This document shows positions 1 through 9,086 of a DNA stretch of 64,000 nt, one piece after another (position 1 is the stretch's first letter; each line of letters starts with the position of its first letter). The position numbers were made by a program, and so were the translations under genes. The notes beneath the pieces were generated by a model. The model worked only from the letters and a program-made list of their open reading frames with translations, was not told the DNA's origin and did no database searches. This stretch comes from a virus (lineage: Duplodnaviria > Caudoviricetes). The DNA is taken from IMG/VR virus record IMGVR_UViG_3300010347_002008, positions 1-64,000 of that record, one strand, 5' to 3'.

Positions 1-305
1 ACTTCGCTAGCATTTTTATTTTTCCCCTTTTTAAAATTTAATGGAACCCCCATCTTTTTGGCCATCATCGAACCAATTTTATCATATGGACTAATATTTT
101 CCTCATTTAAAACAAGATCAAGAGAGGGATAAAATTCTTCATTAGATTTTTGAGTATAAGGACCTAGAGAAGAGTCCCCCCATTTATCCCCACTTCCTGA
201 TGAGTTTGATTGTGGGGGTGTTGCATTACCCATTCCTGGAGTATTATTTAAAGTGGACATTGGGGTACTTGCTCCACCCATGACATCTTCATTCATAAGT
301 AACAT
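1..305 (-). CDS. Partial hypothetical protein (MLLMNEDVMGGASTPMSTLNNTPGMGN..., runs off the window start)
   Basis: Hand translation: open from ATG at 305 to position 1. AATATATAA motif and A-rich leader upstream. Contains LNE-type sites. Confidence 0.75.
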   Translation of the reverse strand, partial: MLLMNEDVMGGASTPMSTLNNTPGMGNATPPQSNSSGSGDKWGDSSLGPYTQKSNEEFYPSLDLVLNEENISPYDKIGSMMAKKMGVPLNFKKGKNKNASE

Positions 306-320
306 ATTTTTTATTATATA

Positions 321-863
321 TTACTTTATCAAAACTGCGTTAATTCCTGGAATAGTTTTTAGATGATTTATGGTAAGATCATTATCATCGTAGATAGTGA
401 TCTTAGAATAATATGGTTTGATTTCAGAAAGAATTATTTTTTCTTTTAATTGTGGAATATCTTCAGCCCTAACATCTGGACTGCCAACACAATAGATATT
501 TTCAGCAGGAAGATTATTAATTTCATTTCTTCTTAAAAATTCAATAATTGCTGGTTTAACAGTTTCTCTTCTTGCTGTTATGATAAAAATAGGAACATAT
601 GATCTTGCTTCTTCTGCAGCGTCATTATAAATATGAAGTAAATACCAAGCAGGACCTTTTTTAGCTTTAATAAATTTGGCATTATCAAATTCGCTGAAAT
701 CAAATTCTTCATTAGGTTGTTTGATATAATGATTGAACTCATCAGCATCCATGGATCTTATGTATTTACCATCTCGGTATAAATGGGATCTTGCTGAATC
801 TTTCACAAGAGTATCATCAAAATCAAAGATTACGGCTTCATTACGCACAGTTTTTGCCCTCAT
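321..863 (-). CDS. HAD-superfamily phosphatase (PNKP 3'-phosphatase-like) with MRAK...NE leader
   Basis: DFDDTL motif I, ITAR motif II, YDDN motif IV. Start moved from 905 to 863 (MRAKTVRNE) because GAATATATAA lies just upstream and 864-905 overlaps a terminator. Confidence 0.7.
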   Translation of the reverse strand: MRAKTVRNEAVIFDFDDTLVKDSARSHLYRDGKYIRSMDADEFNHYIKQPNEEFDFSEFDNAKFIKAKKGPAWYLLHIYNDAAEEARSYVPIFIITARRETVKPAIIEFLRRNEINNLPAENIYCVGSPDVRAEDIPQLKEKIILSEIKPYYSKITIYDDNDLTINHLKTIPGINAVLIK

Positions 864-891
864 AATTATATATTCGAAAAGCAAATATAAT

Positions 892-918
892 AAAAAAGGG
901 GTCATTTAGACCCCCTTT
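892..918 (-). terminator. Rho-independent terminator after the 936-2297 gene
   Basis: GGGGGTC/GACCCC hairpin followed by a T tract on the minus strand. Confidence 0.7.
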
Positions 919-935
919 ATAAAGAATTTTTTAAA

Positions 936-2297
936 TTATTTAACTGTTATAGTAACTTGTTTTCCACCAGAAAATTCTGTTTGTTTCATTGGAGTTTGTT
1001 TTTGTTTTCCTGCAACTAGGTTAGGAGTTTTTTGATTTTCTTCTCTTTCCATACCTTCTACACTTTCTTCTACATCCTCTTCTTCTCCAAGTTCTTCACC
1101 TTCTTCTCCTTCAAGACCTTCAAGTTCGTCTCCTCCTTCTAGGCTGAAATCTTCACCTTCTAGTTCTTCAGCACCCTCTTCTCCAGCACTTTCAAGATCT
1201 TCGTCACCTTCGATTTCTTCTCCTTCAAGACCTTCTTCGTCTTCTACTTCTATTTCTCCACCAAACATTTCTTCGATATCAACACCTTTTTCTTCAAGCC
1301 ATCCTCTTAAAGCTTCCCATGAATCAGCAGAAACTTTAATCTGATTTTCAACAGGTTCTCCTTCTTCGTCAACTACTTGTTCAGCATCTACACCTTCTTC
1401 AGATAATTCTTCAATAGCTTCTTCAACATTATCAACTGTAATGACGAATTCAGTTATTTCTACTTTTTCTTCGCCTTCACCTTCAAGCTCTTCACCTTCT
1501 TCTTCTTTTTCTTCACCTTCATCTTCAAGCTCTTCACCTTCTTCTTCTTTTTCATCTTCAGAACCTAAATCGAGATCATCAAAAGTTAATTCATCCTCAG
1601 CTTCCTCTTCTTCAGCTTCATTTAATTTCTGACCACGTTTGGCTTTGATGTTTTCGATAATCTTTTTGATTCTTTCTTTTGTAGACTCATCCATTTTTTT
1701 GTCTTCTTTGTCACATTCTTCAATTTCTTCTTTTTCTTCGTTGCATTCTTCAACTTCTTCGTCATAGAGTCCTGGACGTGGATAACCTTTTGTGCGATCT
1801 ACAAAATCATAATTACCTACTTCGTCTTCGAGTTCTTCTTCATCAAAATCTTCAAGATCTTTAGAACTTCTAATATTTCTTAAAGATTTAAGAGGAGCCA
1901 TTTCGTTTAATTTTCTACGAATGTTTTTGGTTTCTGATTCTGAAATCTGTGATGGACTTGCAAATCTCTTAGCCAATCTTTGTCCGATAGGAGACAATTT
2001 AAAATAAGTTATGCCATTTTTACTTTCAGTAACAAAGAATTTAGAATTTCTCTGTAACCACATATTTGCAGAAGCAATAGGATTCTTAGAACCTTCATTT
2101 AATCCGGCAATAAATTTTTTAAGGTCTGTCTTTGTTACTCTTTGGCTTTCAGCAACAAAAGATAGAACCTGATTTCTTAATGGGGCTGTTGCTCCAACGA
2201 CTACTGGTTGTCTTTCACCATATCCGCGTTTGAGTGTTATAGTTTTGCTCTCATTAAGATACGCGTCAAGCGTAACTGGAACATACGATCTTTTCAT
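936..2297 (-). CDS. Extremely acidic protein, probable head core/scaffold or internal protein
   Basis: 453 aa; basic N-terminal domain, long Glu-rich C-terminal half, several LNE| sites typical of prohead-protease substrates. Confidence 0.5.
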   Translation of the reverse strand: MKRSYVPVTLDAYLNESKTITLKRGYGERQPVVVGATAPLRNQVLSFVAESQRVTKTDLKKFIAGLNEGSKNPIASANMWLQRNSKFFVTESKNGITYFKLSPIGQRLAKRFASPSQISESETKNIRRKLNEMAPLKSLRNIRSSKDLEDFDEEELEDEVGNYDFVDRTKGYPRPGLYDEEVEECNEEKEEIEECDKEDKKMDESTKERIKKIIENIKAKRGQKLNEAEEEEAEDELTFDDLDLGSEDEKEEEGEELEDEGEEKEEEGEELEGEGEEKVEITEFVITVDNVEEAIEELSEEGVDAEQVVDEEGEPVENQIKVSADSWEALRGWLEEKGVDIEEMFGGEIEVEDEEGLEGEEIEGDEDLESAGEEGAEELEGEDFSLEGGDELEGLEGEEGEELGEEEDVEESVEGMEREENQKTPNLVAGKQKQTPMKQTEFSGGKQVTITVK

Positions 2298-2367
2298 AAC
2301 ATTAAATTTTATTTTTTTATTATATATTCATGTTTGAAATTAATAAATTGCATAGTTTAACATAACA

Positions 2368-2685
2368 TCATTTTTTCTTCTTCATCTTAAGAAGAGAGTC
2401 AAGTTGTTTTTGTTGACTATCAATAACTTCTATATGTTTTCGTAGGTCACGAACAACAGAAGTTGTATCTAATTTTGAAATAGAAGAACTTTTTCGAATT
2501 TTTAACGAATCTTTTTGTATTTCAGCAATAATTAGTGTAGGTTCTTCAGCAGGGGCGGGTGTTGGTAAAGGCATCATTGTATCGATTTGAAACATGACGC
2601 TATCATTTGCGGGAATTTCTTTTTTATAAGTATTGCCACAAGATGAAATTACAAAAAGTAAAATAACTAGTAAAATTTTTTTCAT
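2368..2685 (-). CDS. Lipoprotein, candidate o-spanin
   Basis: MKK + hydrophobic stretch + lipobox ISS-C; Pro-rich linker; helical C-terminus; 4-nt overlap with an upstream TM/coiled-coil gene. Confidence 0.55.
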   Translation of the reverse strand: MKKILLVILLFVISSCGNTYKKEIPANDSVMFQIDTMMPLPTPAPAEEPTLIIAEIQKDSLKIRKSSSISKLDTTSVVRDLRKHIEVIDSQQKQLDSLLKMKKKK

Positions 2686-2903
2686 TTTTCTTTCATATAT
2701 TGAATGATTTGGCCATTTAACTCAGATTGCTTAGTTATATACTCGTTGATTTTTTTTACTTCTTGTTTGAGCTCATTTATTACTTGAGTATTTTGTTCTA
2801 AAACAACTTTCATTTTAGTTTTATTTGTAGTGGAAGTTACTATCCAGCCAATGGATGTTGCAAAAAATAGAATAATGAATACAATATCTCTAAATTTTGT
2901 CAT
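2682..2903 (-). CDS. N-terminally anchored membrane protein with coiled coil, candidate i-spanin
   Basis: One N-terminal TM segment (IVFIILFFATSIGWIV) followed by a heptad-like helix; ATGA overlap with the lipoprotein gene. Confidence 0.45.
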   Translation of the reverse strand: MTKFRDIVFIILFFATSIGWIVTSTTNKTKMKVVLEQNTQVINELKQEVKKINEYITKQSELNGQIIQYMKEK

Positions 2904-3028
2904 AAATAAATCCCATAGGCTCTTATCAGTTTTAGGGTGTAATCTCTACTGGTTGTCTGGACATCAATATAGGAGTCATTGAATTTCCAGGTTCTTTACT
3001 TATTATTGTTTCTCCAGCTTGTAATTTT

Positions 3029-4453
3029 TCAATTTTCCAATTTTTCATAATATTCTTTGTCTATTTTTTCTTTGTCATCTAAAAGATATTCGTATTCTTT
3101 TTTGTCTATTTCTTCTACTTCTCCAAATAAATTAGCTAAGTACCCGATAATATCTAATTTATTTAAACGATTATCAAATTGAATATCTTGAATAGCTTCA
3201 TCACCTTTTACAACTCTTGTGGTCCATTCATCATCTTCATCTTCTTTGTAGATTTTTGCAACTACTTCTTCATCTGTATCAGGTTCTAAACGAATATAAA
3301 AAACGTATTCATCTTGAGGTTCATCTTCATCCTCATAATTCATTAATTCTAATTCTGTTTCAATATCTTCTTGTTCAACAAGTTGGGGAACATAAGGAGC
3401 TTTATCTTCAGCTTTTAGGGTTTCGTCTACTATTTTCTCCTCTTCCCCTGGAGTAAAAGGGTCAGGTCGATCCTCCGTATCGACAATTTCGTCACTTATA
3501 TTACTATAATCTTTATCTTCATCATAATCCTCGATAGTTTCGGGAACACCCATAAACATTCCATCTTCTTCATCAGGTGATGGAAGAGCTATTGTGTCTT
3601 GAGGAATCGCAGGAAGTTCTTCAGGAACTTGTTCTTCTTCACCTTCTCCATCTACGTTAATATTAATATCAATGTCTACATCTTCTGGATTATCTTTAAC
3701 ACCTTGATTATCGTAATTTTCAATATAATCTTTAATATCGGTTAATTTCTGAAGTTCCTTTTCTAAATCTTCTAATTCAGTTTGTATTGAACTAGTTATA
3801 TCGTCATAAATGGATTCAGCAACTCTTGTTGGTGTTCGCATATTTGCATTAAATTTTCCTATGTTATCCCCTCCGATATAGCTTTCGTTTTCGTCATCAC
3901 CACCCCAAGCTTGGCGAATTTTATTAAATTCAACCCCAGTATCTTTCCAATTGGTTTCCATTTCAATAATCATAGAGGCAACATTTTCTGCTGTTTCTCC
4001 CTTCTTAAAATATTTTTTTATAAGAGGTTTATATTGGTAAACTAATCCTTCACCATCATGATATGTTTCATCGATGCTTGCGATTACTTCTTCCATAAAA
4101 TTTTCAAATTCTGGATTTGGAGTAAATGATTCATTAGTTCCTTCTTGTGGTTTAGCTTCTGTAGTAGTTGTTTCTGCTGGTTTTGTTTCAGCAGCCTTTT
4201 TGTCTGGTTGTGCTTTTTCTTTTTCTTCTGATTTAACACTCGCAGCGGCGGATTTAGCTTCTATTGCGATTAAATTCTTTTGCAAGATATTCATCTCCGA
4301 ATCTAACTGATTAACTTGTTTCATTAAGTTATCTCTACGAGTCTGTTTATCAGCCATCTGCTTCTTAACTGCAAGATATTGTTGTGCGAGAGTTGAATCT
4401 GTAATACTTACATCTTCATTGATTCTCTTTACTTTCATATAGACTTTTGCCAT
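3029..4453 (-). CDS. Acidic protein with N-terminal coiled coil, probable internal head protein
   Basis: 474 aa; leader ending in RINE|; internal NE|S and AE|S sites; D/E-rich; late-type motif upstream. Confidence 0.5.
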   Translation of the reverse strand: MAKVYMKVKRINEDVSITDSTLAQQYLAVKKQMADKQTRRDNLMKQVNQLDSEMNILQKNLIAIEAKSAAASVKSEEKEKAQPDKKAAETKPAETTTTEAKPQEGTNESFTPNPEFENFMEEVIASIDETYHDGEGLVYQYKPLIKKYFKKGETAENVASMIIEMETNWKDTGVEFNKIRQAWGGDDENESYIGGDNIGKFNANMRTPTRVAESIYDDITSSIQTELEDLEKELQKLTDIKDYIENYDNQGVKDNPEDVDIDININVDGEGEEEQVPEELPAIPQDTIALPSPDEEDGMFMGVPETIEDYDEDKDYSNISDEIVDTEDRPDPFTPGEEEKIVDETLKAEDKAPYVPQLVEQEDIETELELMNYEDEDEPQDEYVFYIRLEPDTDEEVVAKIYKEDEDDEWTTRVVKGDEAIQDIQFDNRLNKLDIIGYLANLFGEVEEIDKKEYEYLLDDKEKIDKEYYEKLEN

Positions 4454-4467
4454 GATAAGCTTTTATT

Positions 4468-4890
4468 TTATTTATTTATTATTGGTCTCTTAAGTGCTTC
4501 TTTATAAATATTTGGATATTCTGATTTAATTTGCTTATAAATTTTTCTCCATTTAAATCCTTGATTATCTAAATCATACAAATCTCCTTCATCGATCTTA
4601 TGTATTACATCATATAAATAACCTTCTCTCATTGATTTCCATCCATCCCAACCATTAAACATTATCCAATATGATAAATTATCTAAAAAATCTTTTCCTA
4701 TAACTAAAATGTACATTTCAGAAGAAAAATTCCATACACGAGATTTTATAGCTTCTCTTTCTATAACAAAATTTATATAATGTTCTTTTAAATTTGAAGG
4801 AAAAATATCCTTAGCATTTGTAAGAATTTCTTTGTCTGATTTAGGTTTTAAAATATCTCCAATAGATTCATATATGAACTTGGCCCTCAT
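4468..4890 (-). CDS. Hypothetical protein with MRAKFIYE leader and DILKPKS motif
   Basis: ORF track; N-terminus MRAKFIYE|SIGDILKPKSDKEI. Confidence 0.8.
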   Translation of the reverse strand: MRAKFIYESIGDILKPKSDKEILTNAKDIFPSNLKEHYINFVIEREAIKSRVWNFSSEMYILVIGKDFLDNLSYWIMFNGWDGWKSMREGYLYDVIHKIDEGDLYDLDNQGFKWRKIYKQIKSEYPNIYKEALKRPIINK

Positions 4891-6716
4891 TATACGAATT
4901 TATTTTCTTTAAAATCAACAGATATAAATTGACCGCTCCAAGTTCGGTATTCGCTTGACATTGAATCAAATAATCCCCAAATAGACGGAGGTGTTACTTC
5001 TTTAAATTTTACGATCAATTTATCTTCAATAGCTCTAAAAGCCGGAAGTTGATCTTTATTATCCATTTCTCCAATATTGAAATCCTTTTCAACTCCAATA
5101 CGACCACCCATAACTTCATCTTCAAAATATAACTGTATCGCAAATTGTGATTTTTTTCCAGTATCTGTTATAAGAGCTATTGGTTCAAATTTTGGACGCA
5201 AATATTGAAACAACTCAGTTAAACTCCAAGATTGCATTAAGAAATATGCAATGACAACATCTTTATTTTCAATAGCAACTGCGTCTAGTTGTGCTTTAAT
5301 AAGATCATCGGTAAATAAAAATTTATTACCTTTCATTCTTCTTTCATTAGAAACGGAACCAATAACCACGGGACATTTCCAATTCCGATGCATAGACCTT
5401 ATATTTTCCACTTGAGAAGTTGTAAATGGACGACATTCAGTTATGTATACTACGACTTTTTCTTTTCCTTTAACAACATCTAGCATAGCAGGTTCAAAGG
5501 CCTTTTGAACAGATGCGATGACTCTCATATTGTCAATATCGGATAACTGTCTATGAGTCATTGCGCCAATAACAACATTATCAGATCTAACTTCATTGAT
5601 TGTGTTTTCTACTAATAAACCTACTTGAGGTTGGGTTTCTACTTCTTCATTAATTACATGCTTAATGACATTCACAAATGTATTGAATTTATTTACAGCT
5701 GATTCTGATAACAATCCAAATTCCTTTTTAGGTTTACGTAATGAAGATATAATAATTCTAAATAAAGCTTCATAAATTTTTCCGCCTTTCTCAAGAATAT
5801 CGATAGTTTTCTTATTTTTAATTAATAACAAATTCAATCCTCCATAATATCCATATGCTGGTGGCGTTAAATAATCTGGTTTAACACTTTCAACTATATT
5901 TGGAAATTGATCACAAAATTTATTAAAAATATCAGAGGTCAATTCTAAATACATCTCATCAGATGTTTTGCCTTCTAATACTGGAATTTGATAATTATCC
6001 ATGAATCTATTTAGATTCAAAAGTATTAAGTCATAAAAATCTCTTGACGATTCTTCTTTTTCATATGCTTCATTAAGAATATCAAATTCATATGAAACTA
6101 TTTGAGCTAGATCTTTATCCCTCTTGATTATAATGCCTTCTATAATATTTTCTTTTGAATATGTTTCTCCGAATAGACGGGTGATTGTTTTAGCAAAATT
6201 TTCATGCCATTTTTCTAGATTACCCTCAGCATAATTTTTTAATACGTTCTTTTGTTCTTCATTTAATATTCCTGCAAAAATAATTGGGGGTCTTCCAAGA
6301 CCCAATGTTGTAGCCCATTGATTTACTTCATCATACTCATAAACTTCCACAACTTTATTATTCTTACGTAAAGTGATGTCTGTTAGAACATATTTTGGAA
6401 TTTTTGAATATGGAATTCTTATAGGGCGTTCAACTGGAGTATAAGCCACTCCAAATCTTAAACCTTCAGGAAGCATAATATCTCCAATTATTGTTGATAA
6501 TTCGATAATGGCGTCTTCCCACACATTAGTTAGTGTTCTCTCAATTAGATTTAATTCAGTATTGTCCTTTTTAAAGAATACTAAATGATCTCCGTGCTTT
6601 TCAAAAAGGACTCTATAAGTATCTAACTTCTCAGTGATTATTAAATCTGAATTTAATAACTCATCGACATATTTCTCTCCTCTTTTTTCTAAGAGATACG
6701 TAAGCGTGTTTAACAT
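4890..6716 (-). CDS. RNA-ligase-like domain fused to a degenerate cytidylyltransferase-like (HIGH-fold) domain
   Basis: ITEKLDT (ligase motif I-like) and EGIIIK (motif IV-like) in the N-half; YITECRPFT resembles a degenerate GRFQPFH motif in the C-half. Confidence 0.5.
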   Translation of the reverse strand: MLNTLTYLLEKRGEKYVDELLNSDLIITEKLDTYRVLFEKHGDHLVFFKKDNTELNLIERTLTNVWEDAIIELSTIIGDIMLPEGLRFGVAYTPVERPIRIPYSKIPKYVLTDITLRKNNKVVEVYEYDEVNQWATTLGLGRPPIIFAGILNEEQKNVLKNYAEGNLEKWHENFAKTITRLFGETYSKENIIEGIIIKRDKDLAQIVSYEFDILNEAYEKEESSRDFYDLILLNLNRFMDNYQIPVLEGKTSDEMYLELTSDIFNKFCDQFPNIVESVKPDYLTPPAYGYYGGLNLLLIKNKKTIDILEKGGKIYEALFRIIISSLRKPKKEFGLLSESAVNKFNTFVNVIKHVINEEVETQPQVGLLVENTINEVRSDNVVIGAMTHRQLSDIDNMRVIASVQKAFEPAMLDVVKGKEKVVVYITECRPFTTSQVENIRSMHRNWKCPVVIGSVSNERRMKGNKFLFTDDLIKAQLDAVAIENKDVVIAYFLMQSWSLTELFQYLRPKFEPIALITDTGKKSQFAIQLYFEDEVMGGRIGVEKDFNIGEMDNKDQLPAFRAIEDKLIVKFKEVTPPSIWGLFDSMSSEYRTWSGQFISVDFKENKFV

Positions 6717-7324
6717 ATTTTTATATTTTTTAAGGTTTTTGAAATTTTTTCTTTAGATTTCAAGGAATGTTTTTTTCCAAACATTGGATTATTTTTACCA
6801 ATTGTTGCCTGTGTAATTAATTTAATTGATTCTTTTGAATGACAATGACCCTTAAATGGGGAAATTCTTCCCACTTCAGATTCACCAATTTTTCTTTTGT
6901 GATTTTCTGATAATTTTCTATTTTTTAAAGCCTCACTTAAATGTTTTTTATGTTCTTCAGTAAATTTTTTTCCTTGATGAGATTTTTTCATCTTTTCTTT
7001 GGTCAAATTAGAATGATTTTTGTTATACATTCCAATAAATTCATTAATATTTGATCCTCCTCTCTTGTTTAAATTATATCCATTTGGATATAATGTATTA
7101 TATTCATTAATATATTTTTCTTGCGCTTCATATGCTTCTTGTCTAGTATTAAATGTATCGATTACTTTTTTAATAAACTTTTCTTTTCCATATTTTTTTA
7201 TGGAATTTTTTAAATATGTTCCACTTCCTAAATACGAATCATTTGAAATGTTTTTGCAAGATCTGTCACCAACATATTGTTGGCCTGTTAATATATTAGT
7301 TGTTATATAAACGTAATGTATCAT
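6710..7324 (-). mobile_element. Free-standing GIY-YIG homing endonuclease with NUMOD3-like repeats
   Basis: HYVY...YVG, YLGSG, KYGKEKF, GYN motifs; C-terminal HS.E.K.K.S repeats and NPMFGKKH. Confidence 0.9.
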
Positions 7325-7610
7325 ATTTGACTAATTTTTAATGATTGATTTGTCCAATCCCATTTAATTGGTTCTTTTTCGCCAAAATATTTTATTTTAT
7401 AGTTCTTTAAATATTCTTCTACATCTACATAAAAGTCATCATCCCATCCATCTGCAAACCAAAATTTTAAAAATTTTCCATTAGCGCAATACCTCTTCTA
7501 TCAGGCTGTGGATGTCTAGGAGACTCCCACTTATCCCATATTGCGAATATATCATCCGCAATTCTAACTTGCTCGTTGCTCCAGCTTTCATTGATGAATT
7601 TTGCTCGCAT
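7321..7610 (-). pseudogene. MRAKFINE-leader gene split by a -1 frameshift at an A-AAT-TTT-TAA site (pseudogene, sequence error or programmed shift)
   Basis: Frame 0 gives 47 aa ending at TAA 7467-7469. The -1 frame continues LKFWFADGWDDDFYVD... to TGA 7321-7323, which overlaps the next ATG; fused length 96 aa. Confidence 0.65.
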
Positions 7611-7630
7611 AATTGTTTTATTTATATATC

Positions 7631-7660
7631 AAAAAAGAAACGCTCCTCTTAAGGAGCGTT
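7631..7660 (-). terminator. Rho-independent terminator
   Basis: AACGCTCCT/AGGAGCGTT hairpin followed by TTCTTTTTT on the minus strand. Confidence 0.8.
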
Positions 7661-7687
7661 GGGCTAAAGATACTATCTTTAGGGATG

Positions 7688-8038
7688 TTATGCAAACTTA
7701 TCTAGATATTCAGGTTCAATTTTTGTTCCTCTTGCGTCCATTGCATTCATTTGTCCATCAGGACTTACTTTTACGCCGATTATTTGTCTAAAGCCTACTG
7801 TAGAATTATCAAGAATTAAATAAAAATTATAGAATACATCTTCGTCTCTTCCACCAAAACCTTTAACTATCTCTTTAATATCATCACTTCTTTTTACTTG
7901 GTAAATAGTAAATTTATCAGTTTCTTTTATAGTTTCCAGTGGTTTACCCTCAAGACGTCTTCTTATCTCATTAGTTACATCTTCTTGAGATTTTGGCTTT
8001 AGAATAGAATTGATACCTAACTGTTCTCTAACTATCAT
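7688..8038 (-). CDS. Hypothetical protein with ILKPKS motif
   Basis: Start moved to 8038 (MIVRE|QLGINSILKPKSQEDV), giving an ATGA overlap with the upstream small ORF. Confidence 0.7.
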   Translation of the reverse strand: MIVREQLGINSILKPKSQEDVTNEIRRRLEGKPLETIKETDKFTIYQVKRSDDIKEIVKGFGGRDEDVFYNFYLILDNSTVGFRQIIGVKVSPDGQMNAMDARGTKIEPEYLDKFA

Positions 8039-8154
8039 TTCTTTTTTCCTCCACAACAACCGCGCATTCGTACAACCTTAGTAGAAACAGGTTTTGGAGG
8101 TGCGGGTTTTGGTTTAATATTTTTCTTGGTAATTACCCGTAATAATCTTCTCAT
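8035..8154 (-). CDS. 39-aa basic Pro-rich peptide ending GCCGGKKK
   Basis: Hand translation MRRLLRVITKKNIKPKPAPPKPVSTKVVRMRGCCGGKKK; fills the gap exactly and is translationally coupled to the next gene. Confidence 0.6.
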   Translation of the reverse strand: MRRLLRVITKKNIKPKPAPPKPVSTKVVRMRGCCGGKKK

Positions 8155-8160
8155 AATAAG

Positions 8161-8961
8161 TTACTCTTTACCTGATTTTTCTGCTGCTTTGGAAACTTTT
8201 ATGCTTGGATATTTTCTCTTTACTGCCCCAGATACTTTTTTAACTAATGATTCGAGAGAACCTGTGTACCATGAAGGAGCTGATTTATATTGATTTGCCC
8301 TTGCCAAAGCATTTCTAGCCTGTGCTACACTATTAATAGGAAAATGATCTTTATCATCTTTTACACTTTTACTTCCAGCAGGAAAAACAACATCACCTCT
8401 ATTTCTTAAAGCAGCTTTTGGATCTTTCTTTTCATTTAGAGCATCCACTTCTTTAGCGCTTTCATTAAGTTCTAATCTTATTTCTTTTACAAAGTTATCT
8501 GTAGAAAGTTTTATAGATTCTTGAATAATATCAGAAATAATATCTGGAGAAAGAATATCTGCAACCCCTTTAGCTTGTACTTCAGTATACATTTCATCAA
8601 TTATATCATATAATTTCCATTTGAGCTCTGATTGACGAAGTGCTTCGCTAATAACTAAAGATGTCTTATTCTTTAAGAAATTTCTCTTCTGAAGAACAGT
8701 TGAACTCTCACTTAATACATCGGATCTAATCTGTAAGAATTTCTTGCCTTTTTCAGATAACCCCTCTTCCTCGGTCCAATAGGAATTTAGTTCGGCTAAG
8801 AAGGTGACCTGTTCCTCCTCATTCAATGTATAAAAGTCAGATATTCTATACTTATCTAGAAGTGTACTATAAACGCTCTTAAACTCACCTAAAACCTTGT
8901 TTTCGAATAATTCTGTGGCCTTAGTTTGCTTTTCTTTATAGACATCATAAAACTTTCTCAT
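8161..8961 (-). CDS. Probable head-associated protein with C-terminal DHFPI...ARNALAR domain (DUF6582-like, from memory)
   Basis: LNE|S and LNE|K sites precede a basic HFPINSVAQARNALARANQ domain. Confidence 0.55.
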   Translation of the reverse strand: MRKFYDVYKEKQTKATELFENKVLGEFKSVYSTLLDKYRISDFYTLNEEEQVTFLAELNSYWTEEEGLSEKGKKFLQIRSDVLSESSTVLQKRNFLKNKTSLVISEALRQSELKWKLYDIIDEMYTEVQAKGVADILSPDIISDIIQESIKLSTDNFVKEIRLELNESAKEVDALNEKKDPKAALRNRGDVVFPAGSKSVKDDKDHFPINSVAQARNALARANQYKSAPSWYTGSLESLVKKVSGAVKRKYPSIKVSKAAEKSGKE

Positions 8962-9027
8962 AATAAGAATTTTATTTTATATATTATATATTATTCATCA
9001 AAAAGTGAAAGTTCTCCTGAATTTTTT

Positions 9028-9043
9028 TGGCACAATTTTTGAA
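9028..9043 (+). promoter_or_regulatory. Sigma54-like -24/-12 element
   Basis: TGGCAC-AATTT-TTGAA with GG at 9029-9030 and GA (not GC) at correct -13/-12 spacing, 44 nt upstream of the 9087 ATG. Confidence 0.4.
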
Positions 9044-9086
9044 CTATATATTATATATCTGACTGTTAAAATAGCCGCTTGAAAAA

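Noticed and set aside
1441-1632. Ser-rich plus-strand ORF
   Set aside because: Antisense shadow of the Glu-rich region of 936-2297 (GAA reads as TCT/TTC on the other strand).
2904-3028. Small ORFs in the gap between 2903 and 3029
   Set aside because: Only frames under 25 codons with no supporting signals.
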